Source: Candidatus Dormiibacterota bacterium
GTDB taxonomy: Bacteria; Chloroflexota; Dormibacteria; Aeolococcales; Aeolococcaceae
Assembly: GCA_963823765.1 (NCBI GenBank)
Contig: CAWGML010000001.1
Location: 323,642-387,641 of the forward strand
Length of the DNA: 64,000 nt
Direction: 5' to 3'
Each line of letters begins with the position of its first letter. Position 1 is the stretch's first letter. This document shows, in pieces, positions 1-9,614 of this stretch. The position numbers and the translations under genes are program-made. A model generated the notes under the pieces. It searched no databases, was not told where the DNA came from, and saw nothing but the letters and a program-made list of their open reading frames with translations.

Positions 1-1087
1 TGTCGAGAGACTCGACGTAGCTGCGCAAGCGACGCCACGGCCTCCGGGCCAGCCTCGCCACCGGCAGATCGGCATGGCTCTTCCATCGCGGTGCGGTCAC
101 CGCCGCAAACACATCCTCGAGGAGTTGAAGGTACTGCTGACGCTCCAGCTCGCTGAGGAGATCGCCACGAGCGGCGGCAACCTGTGTGCTCGCTGTGTCG
201 AGCAGCGGCAGCGCGGCGGTGCGGTCACCGTCAGGCAGAACCTCGACCAAGCCCGACAGCCGTTCAACAAGCACCTCGCCGTCGCGAACGTCCCCGAGGC
301 GCGACCCGAGCCGGCCGAGCTCTTCACGGAGCTGGTCCGCCCATGCGCGATCGAGCAACGGCGCGAACGTCTGCAGGTCGCTGCGCAGGCGGCGCAGCGC
401 GACGCGCAGCTTGCGCAGGGCGTCCGGTGAACCCGATGACAGCTCGCAATCGAAGTACAGCCACTGGATCAGCGAGAGCGTCGTGCTGCGGGTGAAGAGG
501 TCGCGGGCATCCGTCCGACCGTCGCCGGGAAGCCGCAAACGGCGCGCCCGTGTGGGGGCCGGCCGCAGGAGGGCAAGCGTCGGCGCGTCCGCGATGGCCG
601 CGCCACGGACGGCGGCGATCAGCGCCGTCGCACCGGCAGGCGCATCGATGACCTCGACGTGACGGAGTCGCGGTGTCGCTGCCGACGTGCCCTGCTCGTC
701 GAGCCGCTCCTCGACGAGCGTGAGCAGAGCCTCGGCACGGTTCGTCCTCACCTCGTGCCTACGGCTGTGGACGGTCACCGCGACTCGCTCCGAGACGGCA
801 CGCCCACGGTGGTAGGCGCGGGCCCACTCCACCACCTGCGCCTGGAGCGCCTCCGGCGGCGCAGTCCACACTCGCGAGGTCAGCTTGGGATGGCCGAGGG
901 TCTGGCGCGTCCACCGCCAGCCCTCGCGGCGGTTGAGCGACAGCTCACCTCCCGCGACGGCGAGGCGACGGTCTCGGGTGTCGAAGAGGGTTCGGCTGAT
1001 TCGCCGCGATGGGCTGGTTTCCACGCGGAACCCGGCCTGGGTGAGCAGTCGCGGAACGGACAGCTCCAGCGGCACCCGCACCCGCAT
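1..1087 (-). CDS. CYTH + CHAD domain protein, partial (3' end lies beyond the window start)
   Basis: Own translation of the minus strand from ATG 1087 (13 nt after the ppk stop) stays open to position 1. It reads MRVRVPLELSVPRLLTQAGFRVETSPSRRISRTLFDTRDRRLAVAGGELSLNRR... (CYTH-like start), then ...LRKLRVALRRLRSDLQTFAPLLDRAWADQLREELGRLGSRLGDVRDGEVL... (CHAD-type helical repeat). It is absent from the ORF track because no stop lies in the window. Confidence 0.7.
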   Translation of the reverse strand, partial: MRVRVPLELSVPRLLTQAGFRVETSPSRRISRTLFDTRDRRLAVAGGELSLNRREGWRWTRQTLGHPKLTSRVWTAPPEALQAQVVEWARAYHRGRAVSERVAVTVHSRRHEVRTNRAEALLTLVEERLDEQGTSAATPRLRHVEVIDAPAGATALIAAVRGAAIADAPTLALLRPAPTRARRLRLPGDGRTDARDLFTRSTTLSLIQWLYFDCELSSGSPDALRKLRVALRRLRSDLQTFAPLLDRAWADQLREELGRLGSRLGDVRDGEVLVERLSGLVEVLPDGDRTAALPLLDTASTQVAAARGDLLSELERQQYLQLLEDVFAAVTAPRWKSHADLPVARLARRPWRRLRSYVESLD

Positions 1088-1100
1088 GCCCGAGGAGGGG

Positions 1101-3203
1101 TCAGCCACCACCCCGGTTGCGCCGGCTCGCGCCCTCCTGCAGGGCGGCCTGCGCGTTGACGCCATGCACCGTCGGGACCCGCCGCCACGTCCGCCCGTCG
1201 AACTCCCAGGCCAGGACGTCGTCGGCGAGCGACAGGTCGAGGATCTCGTCGAGCCGTTTGCGCAGTCCGCTGTGAACCACGGGCACGGCGACCTCGACGC
1301 GGCGATCGAGGTTGCGCGGCATGAGGTCCGCCGAGCTGATGAAGTAGTCGGCACCGTCGTCGGCGCCGAAGCGGAACACGCGGGAGTGCTCGAGGTATCG
1401 ACCCACAAGCGAGCGGACACGCAGCCGCTGCGGCGCCGCGCACGCCGCGGGGTTCAGCGTGCACATGCCGCGCACGATCAGGTCCACCTCGGCGCCGGCT
1501 TCCGCGGCCTCGTAGAGCACGTCGACGATCTCGGAGTCGATGAGCCCGTTCACCTTGAGGACGATGCGTCCGCCCGGCCGCGACTGGCGCTGGATGAAGC
1601 CCACCAGCGTGGCGCGCAGGCGTTGCGGGGCCACCACGATCCGCCGGTACTGCACATCGCGGCTGTAGCCGGAGAGCGCGTTGAACAGCTCGCTGAGGTC
1701 CGCACAGATGTCACCGTCACAGGTGAGCAGAGCGATGTCCTCGTAGATGCGCGCGGTGACCGGGTTGTAGTTGCCCGTCGACACATGGCAGTAGCGGTTG
1801 ATGCGACCTGCCTCGTTGCGCACCACCAGCGACACCTTGGCGTGCGTCTTCAGGCCGACGATGCCGTAGATGACATGAACACCGGCCTGCTCAAGAGCTT
1901 GGGCCCAGCTGATGTTCGCCTGCTCGTCGAAGCGAGCGGTGAGCTCCACCAGCGCCACCACCTGCTTGCCCAACTCGGCGGCGCGGATCAGCGAGCGGAT
2001 GATCGGGCTGTTCTTGCCGGACGTGCGGTACAGGGTCTGCTTGATGGCCAGGACGGACGGGTCCGAGGCCGCCTGCTCGATGAAGGCCACGGCGGAAGCG
2101 TCGAAGTCCTCATAGGGGTGGTGTACGAGGACGTCGCCGTTGCGCACCGCGGCGAAGATGTCGAAGCCTCCCTCCTGCGGCAGCAGGGCGGCCGGGACGG
2201 TGGGAGCCCATTGCGGGTACTTCAGCTCGGGTCGGTCCAGCGCGGTGAGCTGCGACAGGCCGGCGAGGTCGAGCGGGGCGTGGACGACCTGCACATCTCG
2301 CTCGTCCATCTCGAGCTCGCGGACCAGCAGGTCGCGGACCTCGTCCGACATCTGCTCGTCGATCTCCAGGCGGACGACCAGCGGTGAGAGGCGCCGGCGC
2401 TTGAGAACGTCGCGCACCGCTTCGAGAAGGTCGTCCTCATCGGAGTCGAGCTGGAAGTCGGCGCCGCGGGTGAGGCGGAAGGGCTGGTGCGCGAGGATGT
2501 CCATGCCCGGGAAGAGAGCGTCGAGGTGAGCGCTGATCACCTGTTCGAGGGGGACGAACCGACTGCCGTCGGGCAGCGCCGCGAACCGTGGCAGGGTCGG
2601 GGGCACCTTGACACGAGCAACATGCTGGTCACGCGTCAGCGGGTCGGCGACGACGACCGCCAGGTTGAGCGACATCGACGAGATGTAGGGGAAGGGATGC
2701 GCGGGGTCGACCGCCAGCGGGGTCAGCACTGGGAAGAGCTGTTGCGCGAAGTACGCGTCGAGGGCCGCGCGATCGCGGTGATCGAGGTCGTGGTAGTCGG
2801 AGATGTGGATCCCGGCAGCGTCGAGCGCCGGCGCGACCGAGTTCATGTACGCGGCGTCCTGGTCATCCGAGAACGCGCAGGTGCGCTGACGGAACAGGTC
2901 GCGCTGTTCGGTTGGGGTCAGCCCGTCTGGAGAGCGGTCGCTCAGGCCCGTCTCGACGTTCTGGGCGAGAACAGCCCCGCGGATCTGGAAGAACTCGTCG
3001 AGGTTGTGCGCCGAGATGGCCAGGAACCGAACTCGTTCGAGGACAGGGACCGTCTCATCGGATGCCAGGGCGAGCACCCGCCGGTTGAAGTCGAGCCACG
3101 CAACGTCACGGTTCAGGTGCCGCGGAACGGCGTCATGGGCCGCCTCGTCCTGCTCGCGGGGTGCCGCGGAGGGATCGGTGCGCGAGACTGCCATGGGCCC
3201 CAT
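1101..3203 (-). CDS. ppk: polyphosphate kinase 1
   Basis: ORF 1101..3539. PPK1-like from RHLNRDVAWLDFNRRVLALASDETVPVLERVRFLAISAHNLDEFFQIRG through LKTHAKVSLVVR and YLEHSRVFRF (PLD-like C-terminal domains). Start set at ATG 3203 (MGPMAVSRTD); the upstream 112 codons are Arg/Ser/Thr-rich filler. Confidence 0.95.
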   Translation of the reverse strand: MGPMAVSRTDPSAAPREQDEAAHDAVPRHLNRDVAWLDFNRRVLALASDETVPVLERVRFLAISAHNLDEFFQIRGAVLAQNVETGLSDRSPDGLTPTEQRDLFRQRTCAFSDDQDAAYMNSVAPALDAAGIHISDYHDLDHRDRAALDAYFAQQLFPVLTPLAVDPAHPFPYISSMSLNLAVVVADPLTRDQHVARVKVPPTLPRFAALPDGSRFVPLEQVISAHLDALFPGMDILAHQPFRLTRGADFQLDSDEDDLLEAVRDVLKRRRLSPLVVRLEIDEQMSDEVRDLLVRELEMDERDVQVVHAPLDLAGLSQLTALDRPELKYPQWAPTVPAALLPQEGGFDIFAAVRNGDVLVHHPYEDFDASAVAFIEQAASDPSVLAIKQTLYRTSGKNSPIIRSLIRAAELGKQVVALVELTARFDEQANISWAQALEQAGVHVIYGIVGLKTHAKVSLVVRNEAGRINRYCHVSTGNYNPVTARIYEDIALLTCDGDICADLSELFNALSGYSRDVQYRRIVVAPQRLRATLVGFIQRQSRPGGRIVLKVNGLIDSEIVDVLYEAAEAGAEVDLIVRGMCTLNPAACAAPQRLRVRSLVGRYLEHSRVFRFGADDGADYFISSADLMPRNLDRRVEVAVPVVHSGLRKRLDEILDLSLADDVLAWEFDGRTWRRVPTVHGVNAQAALQEGASRRNRGGG

Positions 3204-3261
3204 TGTGCACTGCCGCGAACGGGTGGTCCGCGGCGGACGGCTGCCTATACTCCGCTCCGAT

Positions 3262-4796
3262 GTGAGCCTTGGACCCCGCGCTGTCGCCGACATAGGCTCC
3301 AACTCGGCGAGGCTGCTGGTGGTGCGCCCCACCGACCAGGGGCATCTCGACGTGGTCGCCGACGCGCGCGTCGCGTTGCGGCTGATGCGCGACCTCGACA
3401 CCAACGGCCGGCTGACCAGGTCCGCCCTGAACCGGACGGTGCAGACGCTGGCTGCGTTCGCAACGATTGCTCGCCGGCACGGGGCACGGGGCGTCAGCGT
3501 GGTGGCGACCTCGGCGGTGCGCGACGCGGTCAACCGCAACTCGTTCGTGGCCGAACTCAGCGGCGCAGCGGCCTGACCATCACCGTGCTCAGCGGGGAGG
3601 ACGAGGCGCGTCTGGCCCTCGTGGGGGCGGTGTCGGGGCTACCCGTGGACAGCGGAGCGGTGGTCGACCTCGGCGGCGGAAGCATGGAGGTGGCGGCTTT
3701 CGCCAGGCGTCGCTTCCGTGCTGGGATCACGCTCCCGCTCGGGGCCTTGAGGCTCGGCGACGCCTTCCTTCACCACGACCCCCCCAGGCCGGAGGAGCTC
3801 ACCGCGCTGCGCGATCACGTCCGCACCGCGCTGGCCGCCGTCGATGTCACCGACCTCGCCCAGGCGGAGAGCCTGGTGGGCACCGGCGGCACGATCCGGG
3901 CGCTGGCCAAGGCAGCCCGCGGCCGCGGGCCGACAGCGGTGAATCGCCTCCATGGCTACCAGCTGCGACGCCGCGACGTGGCCACGCTCGTCGACCGTCT
4001 CGCGCGACTCCCAGCTGTGCGCCGCACCTCGGTGCCGGGGATCAGCTCGACCCGCGCGGAGTCGGTGCTCGGCGGCGCGCTGGTCATCGATGTCCTGATG
4101 GAGCTGAGCGGTGCCGAGAACATCCTGGTGTCGGGGTACGGTGTGCGCCAAGGGGTGATCCTCGACCAGCTCGACCAGACCGCCGCGCGGCCTCGGCAGG
4201 TGCGCGAGGCGAGCGTCAGCGCGGTGCTGGCGCGACTGCGCGGCGGCACCACCGGTGCCCAGCGGCGCCGCCTGGTCCTGACCGCCCTGGCTGCCGTCCT
4301 CGCCCCCAAGCTGACCGGTGACCTCCTCGAGATGGCTGTCCACGCCTCCCGCCTCGTCGATGCCGGCGCACGCCTCGACCACTACGGTCGCTGGTCGGAG
4401 AGCGCGAGCTTGGCGACGACCGCGGACCTCGACGGGTTCACGCACGCCGAGCTGGCGGGCATTGCGGCGATCCTTCTCTGCGCCGGTGGAGTGGCCGTCC
4501 CGGCGCGGCTGCGCCGCGAGAGCGGCGTCGCACGCTCGAGACTGGAGGCGGCGGGCACCCTGCTCGCGCTCGCCGACGACATCGACCGACGCCTTCCACC
4601 AGGACGCGGCGCCGCCGTCGGCGAACTCGGACGCGACGGTCGTCTCGACGTCACCGGGATGCCCCCGATGCTGCTGCCGTCGACCCTGTCGGAGCGCTGT
4701 CGTGTCTCGCTGCACCGCGACGTTCGCGAGGTCAGCGACGTCGCACATCCCCGGGTGCGCAGCACCCGCCCGGATGTCGCCGTCGAGTTCAAGTAG
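3262..4796 (+). pseudogene. ppx: exopolyphosphatase / GppA family (Ppx-GppA), reading frame broken once
   Basis: From GTG 3262, VSLGPRAVADIGSNSARLLVV...VATSAVRDAVNRNSFVAELSGAAA stops at 3574-3576 (frame of ORF 3004..3576). The continuation LTITVLSGEDEARLALVGAV...VDLGGGSMEV...GTGGTIRALAK... lies in the frame of ORF 2487..4796. The junction is near 3570-3580 (gcagcggcctga). Confidence 0.85.
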
Positions 4797-4847
4797 CATG
4801 GCCCTGCCGGTCGTCCCGGCGGCCATTGGGGGTGTGGAGGATTGGCG

Positions 4848-5122
4848 GTGCCCAAGCGCGATTCGGCCGACAGGCTGGTGAAGCGGATGCAGAAGATCGA
4901 GCGAGCCCAGGACCGGCTCAGCGACATCAAGGCGAGGATCGTCAGCGCAGAGCGACACGCTCGCCGAGCTCCTCGAGACGGCCCAGGGCTTGGTCGGTGG
5001 CAACGGGAGCGGCCAAGTCGCCCAGCCGGGCGCGCGCCGCAACCACGGCGAAGCGCGCCAACGCCCCCAAGAGCGCGGCGCGCAAGGCGGCGTCGGCGCC
5101 GCGCGCCACGCGCGCGCTCTGA
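4848..5122 (+). CDS. small coiled-coil protein with Ala/Lys/Arg-rich tail (tentative; frame appears broken)
   Basis: GGAGG at 4836-4840 lies 7 nt before GTG 4848. VPKRDSADRLVKRMQKIERAQDRLSDIKARIVSA has real-protein composition. As written the frame runs on to 5924, antisense to the ROK gene. The other two frames give QSDTLAELLETAQGLVGG and AKSPSRARAATTAKRANAPKSAARKAASAPRATRAL* (stop ending at 5122). Confidence 0.3.
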
Positions 5123-5123
5123 G

Positions 5124-6128
5124 CTAGCGGGCGGACATCTCGGCAGCGAGGACCACCCCGCCAAGCGCGCCGGAGAGGTCACCCAGCCCGGCGGCCACGA
5201 CCGGTGCGCTGAGGCGTCCGTCGTTCAGCAGGTGGGGCTGCATGGCCCGGTGAATCCGTCGCGCAAAGGGCTGGCCCAGGCGTGTTCCCAGGCCACCGCC
5301 GATGATCACGGCGTCGACGTCGAGCACGTTCACAGCCGATGCGATCACCGGTCCCGCTGCCCGGACCGCGTCGTTGATGAGCTCGTTCGCGAGGCGGTCA
5401 CCCTGGTCGAGGGCACGGGCGATGACCCCGGAGGTGAGCCGGGTCCGGCCTGCCTTCCTCATCAGCGTGAAGAGCGTGGTCTTGTCGCCGCGCTCGACGC
5501 GCTCCTTGGCTCGATGTTCCATCGAGGCTCGGCCCGCGTACGCCTCGAGGCAGCCTCGACGCCCGCACGTGCAGCGCCGGCCGCCCGGTGTGGCGACCGC
5601 GTGGCCGATCTCACCGCAGGCACCGAGCCGGCCGTGCCGGATGACCCCATCGAGCAGCAGCGCGCCGCCGACGCCGGTGCCGAACCACACCGCGAGCACG
5701 TCCCGGTAGGGCGCCGCCGCCCCGATCCGATGCTCGCCGAGCAGGGCGGTGCGGACGTCGTTCTCGACGGCGACCGGGACGCCGAGCCCGGTCTCCAGCT
5801 CGGCGCGCAGCGGGTAGCTCGCTGTCCAGCCGCGGATGTTCGGGCTGTGCGCCACCGCGCCGGTGGCCGCATCGACCTCGCCGGGAACGCCGATCCCGGC
5901 GCGGGTGAGCCGCTTGGCGGGTGAGGCCGCCAGCGCCTCCTCGACGGCTGCCTGGATGGCGGTGACAACCGCGGACGGACCGCCGCGCAGCGGGGTCGCC
6001 GAACGTGCCTGGCCGCAGGGCACGAAGTCTGCCCCGGCGACCACCACCTCGATCTTGGTGGCGCCGACGTCGATGCCCGCGTACAGGGGGGGGCGGCGAG
6101 GCGGCACGGGGTGCATTGTGGCCCGCAA
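5124..6128 (-). CDS. ROK family sugar kinase (polyphosphate/ATP glucokinase-like by context)
   Basis: 334-aa ORF with YAGIDVGATKIEVVV ATP-site start, WFGTGVGGALLLDG, and the ROK Cys/His motif GEIGH...CTCGRRGCLEAYAG. It sits in the ppk/ppx neighbourhood. Confidence 0.85.
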   Translation of the reverse strand: MRATMHPVPPRRPPLYAGIDVGATKIEVVVAGADFVPCGQARSATPLRGGPSAVVTAIQAAVEEALAASPAKRLTRAGIGVPGEVDAATGAVAHSPNIRGWTASYPLRAELETGLGVPVAVENDVRTALLGEHRIGAAAPYRDVLAVWFGTGVGGALLLDGVIRHGRLGACGEIGHAVATPGGRRCTCGRRGCLEAYAGRASMEHRAKERVERGDKTTLFTLMRKAGRTRLTSGVIARALDQGDRLANELINDAVRAAGPVIASAVNVLDVDAVIIGGGLGTRLGQPFARRIHRAMQPHLLNDGRLSAPVVAAGLGDLSGALGGVVLAAEMSAR

Positions 6129-6160
6129 CCGGGTCGGTCAGGCAGGCCGTGGCCAGTCGG

Positions 6161-6475
6161 TCAACGCGTGGGTAAGCCCAACGACCGGCGGTCGGCGTAC
6201 TCGCGGCCTTCGAGGACCTCGGTGACCCCGAGCGAGGCCTCGGCAACGCAGAGGAATCCCGTCTCCTCGCGCACCTCGCGCAGCCCCGCGGCGAGGAGCG
6301 TCTCGCCCCGGCGCTGCTTGCCCTTGGGGAAGGACCAGTCGTCGTAGCGGGGCCTGTGAACCAGCACGACACGCACGGTGTCATCGCCACCTCGGCGCAC
6401 CACCAGGCCGCCGGCGGCGCGCACGGCGACGCGGAGCTGAGGATCGCGGCTCGCGGCGGAGGGGACGGTCATCAC
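6161..6475 (-). CDS. Nudix hydrolase, unusually short (possibly 3'-truncated)
   Basis: Nudix box GKQRRGETLLAAGLREVREETGF. Only about 38 residues follow the box before the stop, which lies 33 nt upstream of the ROK start. Confidence 0.7.
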   Translation of the reverse strand: MMTVPSAASRDPQLRVAVRAAGGLVVRRGGDDTVRVVLVHRPRYDDWSFPKGKQRRGETLLAAGLREVREETGFLCVAEASLGVTEVLEGREYADRRSLGLPTR

Positions 6476-6554
6476 CGTCCAGAAACCGTAGACGTGCCCT
6501 GGTTAAACCGTCGTTAAGTGGGAGCTATCGACCGGAGCCAGTCGCCGCTGCCGG

Positions 6555-7748
6555 TCAGAGCGCGCCGGGCTCGACGCCGATCATGTCCACCTTGTCGGCG
6601 GCGGGCAGGGTCAGGTTGATGGCGACGCCGGTGCTCGGGGTGAGCACCGCCAGCGTCGTGCTGTCGACGTCGACGAGGAGATGGCTCGAGTCGATCCAGC
6701 CGAGCACGTTGTACTTGCGCCCGAGGCTGTGCGGGGCCGCGCCCCGAGCCAGCAGAGTGAGCGCCTGGGTGGTGTTGTCTGTGCAGGCCATCTGCGCGCC
6801 AACGGGCGCGAGAGAGCAGTTGAACCACCGCTGTGGGCCGACCTCTGGTGACGAGGTGTTCTCCGCGAACGCTGACACCGCGCCGGACCAGCTGACGGCC
6901 AGGATGTGGTCTTCGTCGGGCGGTGTCCCGCTGTTGTAGTACTCGGTCTGGTCGCAGGCCACGCCGGCACCGACTGGCAGGCCTTCTGGCACGGTGTTCA
7001 CACTCGACCCCGACGGCTGAGCCGCCGCCGTCTCGCACACGGTCGCGTCGCGGGCACCGGTGGTGCTGCTGATCACGTGGTACGACGAGACGCATCCCGT
7101 TTGACCGTAGCCGCAGTTGTTCCCGACCGCATCGATGACGTCGGTGCCGTGCCAGCCGACCGGCCAGCGAAAGGCATCGATGGAGGTGTTGTTGAACAGG
7201 TCCACGTGGTTGCCGGCATCAGCGAGGTCCTCCACGTACCCGCGTCCGGTGTCCTTGCTCGCGTTGGTGCTCTGGTTGACCAACGACACGGCGATGCGCT
7301 GGTTGTCAGGGCTCACCGAGAAGGCAAGGATTGACGTCGATCCCGCGGGGATCGACTTGGCGAGCGCGGTGGCGCCGGTGGGGGCGAGGGAGTGGATCTC
7401 GGTGTCCCCGTCGAGGTAGTAGACAAGGTCATTCGACGCGCTGACCAGTGGAAGCTGGAGAGTCTGGTTGGGTTTGAGCAGCGGCAGCTTGGCCGTGACC
7501 CTTGTGACCACCGCGCCCTGCAGGTCGATCAGCATCACGTCGTAGCTGGAACCCTGACGCGGTGAGTTGCTGACGACTACCGCGTACGGGCCCGATGGAA
7601 CGGGTGCGGCCGATGGCGACGGGACAGCGCTCGGCGTCCGGGGCGCCGCGGTCTGCCGCGCGGGGGGTGTCGAGGCAGGCGATCCGCAACCAGCCAGGGT
7701 CGCGGCGACAAAGAGCAGCGCCGTGGCGGTCGTGAGCTGCCCGGTCAT
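6555..7748 (-). CDS. lipoprotein with PD40/TolB-like beta-propeller-type repeats
   Basis: MTGQLTTATALLFVAATLAGCGS carries a signal peptide and lipobox. A Pro/Ser/Ala linker follows, then FSVSPDNQRIAVSL-type strands. AGGAG precedes the ATG. Confidence 0.7.
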   Translation of the reverse strand: MTGQLTTATALLFVAATLAGCGSPASTPPARQTAAPRTPSAVPSPSAAPVPSGPYAVVVSNSPRQGSSYDVMLIDLQGAVVTRVTAKLPLLKPNQTLQLPLVSASNDLVYYLDGDTEIHSLAPTGATALAKSIPAGSTSILAFSVSPDNQRIAVSLVNQSTNASKDTGRGYVEDLADAGNHVDLFNNTSIDAFRWPVGWHGTDVIDAVGNNCGYGQTGCVSSYHVISSTTGARDATVCETAAAQPSGSSVNTVPEGLPVGAGVACDQTEYYNSGTPPDEDHILAVSWSGAVSAFAENTSSPEVGPQRWFNCSLAPVGAQMACTDNTTQALTLLARGAAPHSLGRKYNVLGWIDSSHLLVDVDSTTLAVLTPSTGVAINLTLPAADKVDMIGVEPGAL

Positions 7749-7822
7749 CAGAGACTCCTGTGCGGTTGCCGTGTCCCGGTAACGCTCGGCATGCCACCGT
7801 GGTTACCAGCCGGCACCGCCGC

Positions 7823-9614
7823 TCAGCGCCCGCCGTGCAGGAAGGACGGAACGGTCAGGCTGGCGGTGTGTCGCCGTCGCATCGCCTCGCCGACACCGAT
7901 CACCGCCAGGCACCAGGTCACGAAGATCACCCCCAGCGTCGTGTAGGCGAGCACGGCAGGGAGGGCGGTCCCGCCATGGCTCTCGCGTGTGAGGTAGGCG
8001 CTGGCGGGCTGGAGCTGTGCGGTGCGGGGCGAGGTCACGGGGGCCGGGATGGCCGCCAGCCCGTACTGCGGATCGGCGGGAAAGGACACCGGGACGGCGG
8101 CAACCACGTCGCCCTTCTCGACGAAGACGATGCTCTTCCACGAGGCGCCTGTCGGGATGGGAGCGTCGATGTCGTACCGGCCGTCGCCGCGCGCGCGCAG
8201 CGGGCTGATGATGAGGCTGCCGCCCTGCCACGTGAAGATGCGCGCGACGTCGGCGCCGTCCAGCGCGTTGGCCGCAGAGACGGTGACCGACACGGTCATG
8301 TCCTGTTCGAACGTCGCCAGCCCCTCGCGCGTGATCGTCGGTGTGCGCGGCCCTGACGGCGTGGCTCGCACCGTGACGGAGGCCGCCAGGCCCTGGCGCG
8401 GGAACGGCACCGCCAGCAGCGCGACCATCAGCAGGAAGGCCACGCCGACGCCCGCGAAGTGCATCACCTGGCGCGTGTGCGCCACCGCACGCCCCAGTGC
8501 GGATCCGAGGAACGAGCCCACCAGCGCAAGCCCGACGACGACCCACCATGCCCCGAGCAGGCGTGGCTGCCACGGCTGCGGGCTCCAGAGGTGGGTCCAG
8601 CCCCATTCGGCGGCCATACCCACCGTGCCGAGCAGCAGGCCCGTGATGGCAACCCGCAACGCCGGCGCCAGCCGCGGCCCCCACAGGAACACCGCCTCGA
8701 CGACCAGGGCGCCGGCCAGGTACAGCGGGAAGCGTTCCAGCGACAGGCCGAAGACGGGTGCCACCAGCACGGCGATGATCCCGCGCATCACCAGGAACCC
8801 GAGCGTCGCGCGCAGCGCCGCCCCGCGCCCGAGAGCCTCCCGCGCGGCCACCAGTCCCACGCCCATCGCGAGCGCGATCAGCGCCGGGTGGAAGAGTGCC
8901 TGCCACTGCGGGATGCCGAGGTCGAACTCGAGCTGGAATGTCGAGAGACCGATGAGCGTCGCCGCGGCAAGCGCCTCAGAGAGAAGCCGTGCTCCGCGCC
9001 CTTTCGCAGCCGAGGGGCCGGCCTCCGCGAGCATCAGCCATGCCGCGATCGGGGTCAGGGAGGCGCCGCCGATCATCAGCAGGTGGGTGGGGCTCCACAT
9101 CGTCACGTCGATCCCGTAGACCGAGTGCCAGTAGTTGTCCAGCGGGAAGCCGATGAGCGCTCCCGTGGCCATCAGTCCCATCGGCAGCGAGGACCAGGGG
9201 ATGCGCAGCCGCCCCACCTGGCACACCGACCCGGGCGCGGTCCTCGGTGGCCAGGATGATGGAGGTCAGCGCGGCGATCCCGATCCCGGCCAGTCCGACA
9301 AGGATCATCACGTGCGGCGGCGTGAAGAGGGCCTGGTCGCGACCGAGGTCGGCGTGCCACGCCACGTCCCAGCTGAACCCCACCAGTGCCACCGACAGTG
9401 ACCAGAGGGCCATCGCGATCGACGCAGCGCACCACGCCGGCAGGCCGGTGATCCGGCTCAGCGCGTCGGCCGGGCGGCGCCACAACGGGCCGGCGGGCTC
9501 AGCGCGACGCGCGAGCGCGAGGCAGCCGAGGCCGAGGATGACCACTGACAGGGCCAAGGGGATCCACCACACTGGGCCGGTCTGGGACAGGCTCTCGGTC
9601 ACCACTGCCTGCAT
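7823..9614 (-). pseudogene. polytopic membrane protein with duplicated W-H...PH motif and C-terminal extracytoplasmic domain; frame broken once
   Basis: ORF 8976..9614 gives a TM-rich N-terminus (GFSWDVAWHADLGRDQALFTPPHVMILVG) that degenerates into Arg/Ala-rich sequence after ILATEDRARVG. ORF 7823..9226 continues in another frame with the same motif (GFPLDNYWHSVYGIDVTMWSPTHLLMIGG) and more TM helices. The switch is near 9225-9240. Confidence 0.6.

Noticed and set aside
885-2387. 500-aa plus-strand ORF, and the similar ORFs 3639..5042, 49052..50437, 50148..51563, 53574..55286, 59363..61153 and 62352..63320
   Set aside because: All lie antisense to genes with clear family signatures (ppk, ppx, imuA'/imuB, dnaE2, yrbEB/mkl, mce). 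Their translations are Arg/Gly/Ala/Asp/His-rich low-complexity strings, typical of stop-poor shadow frames in high-GC DNA.
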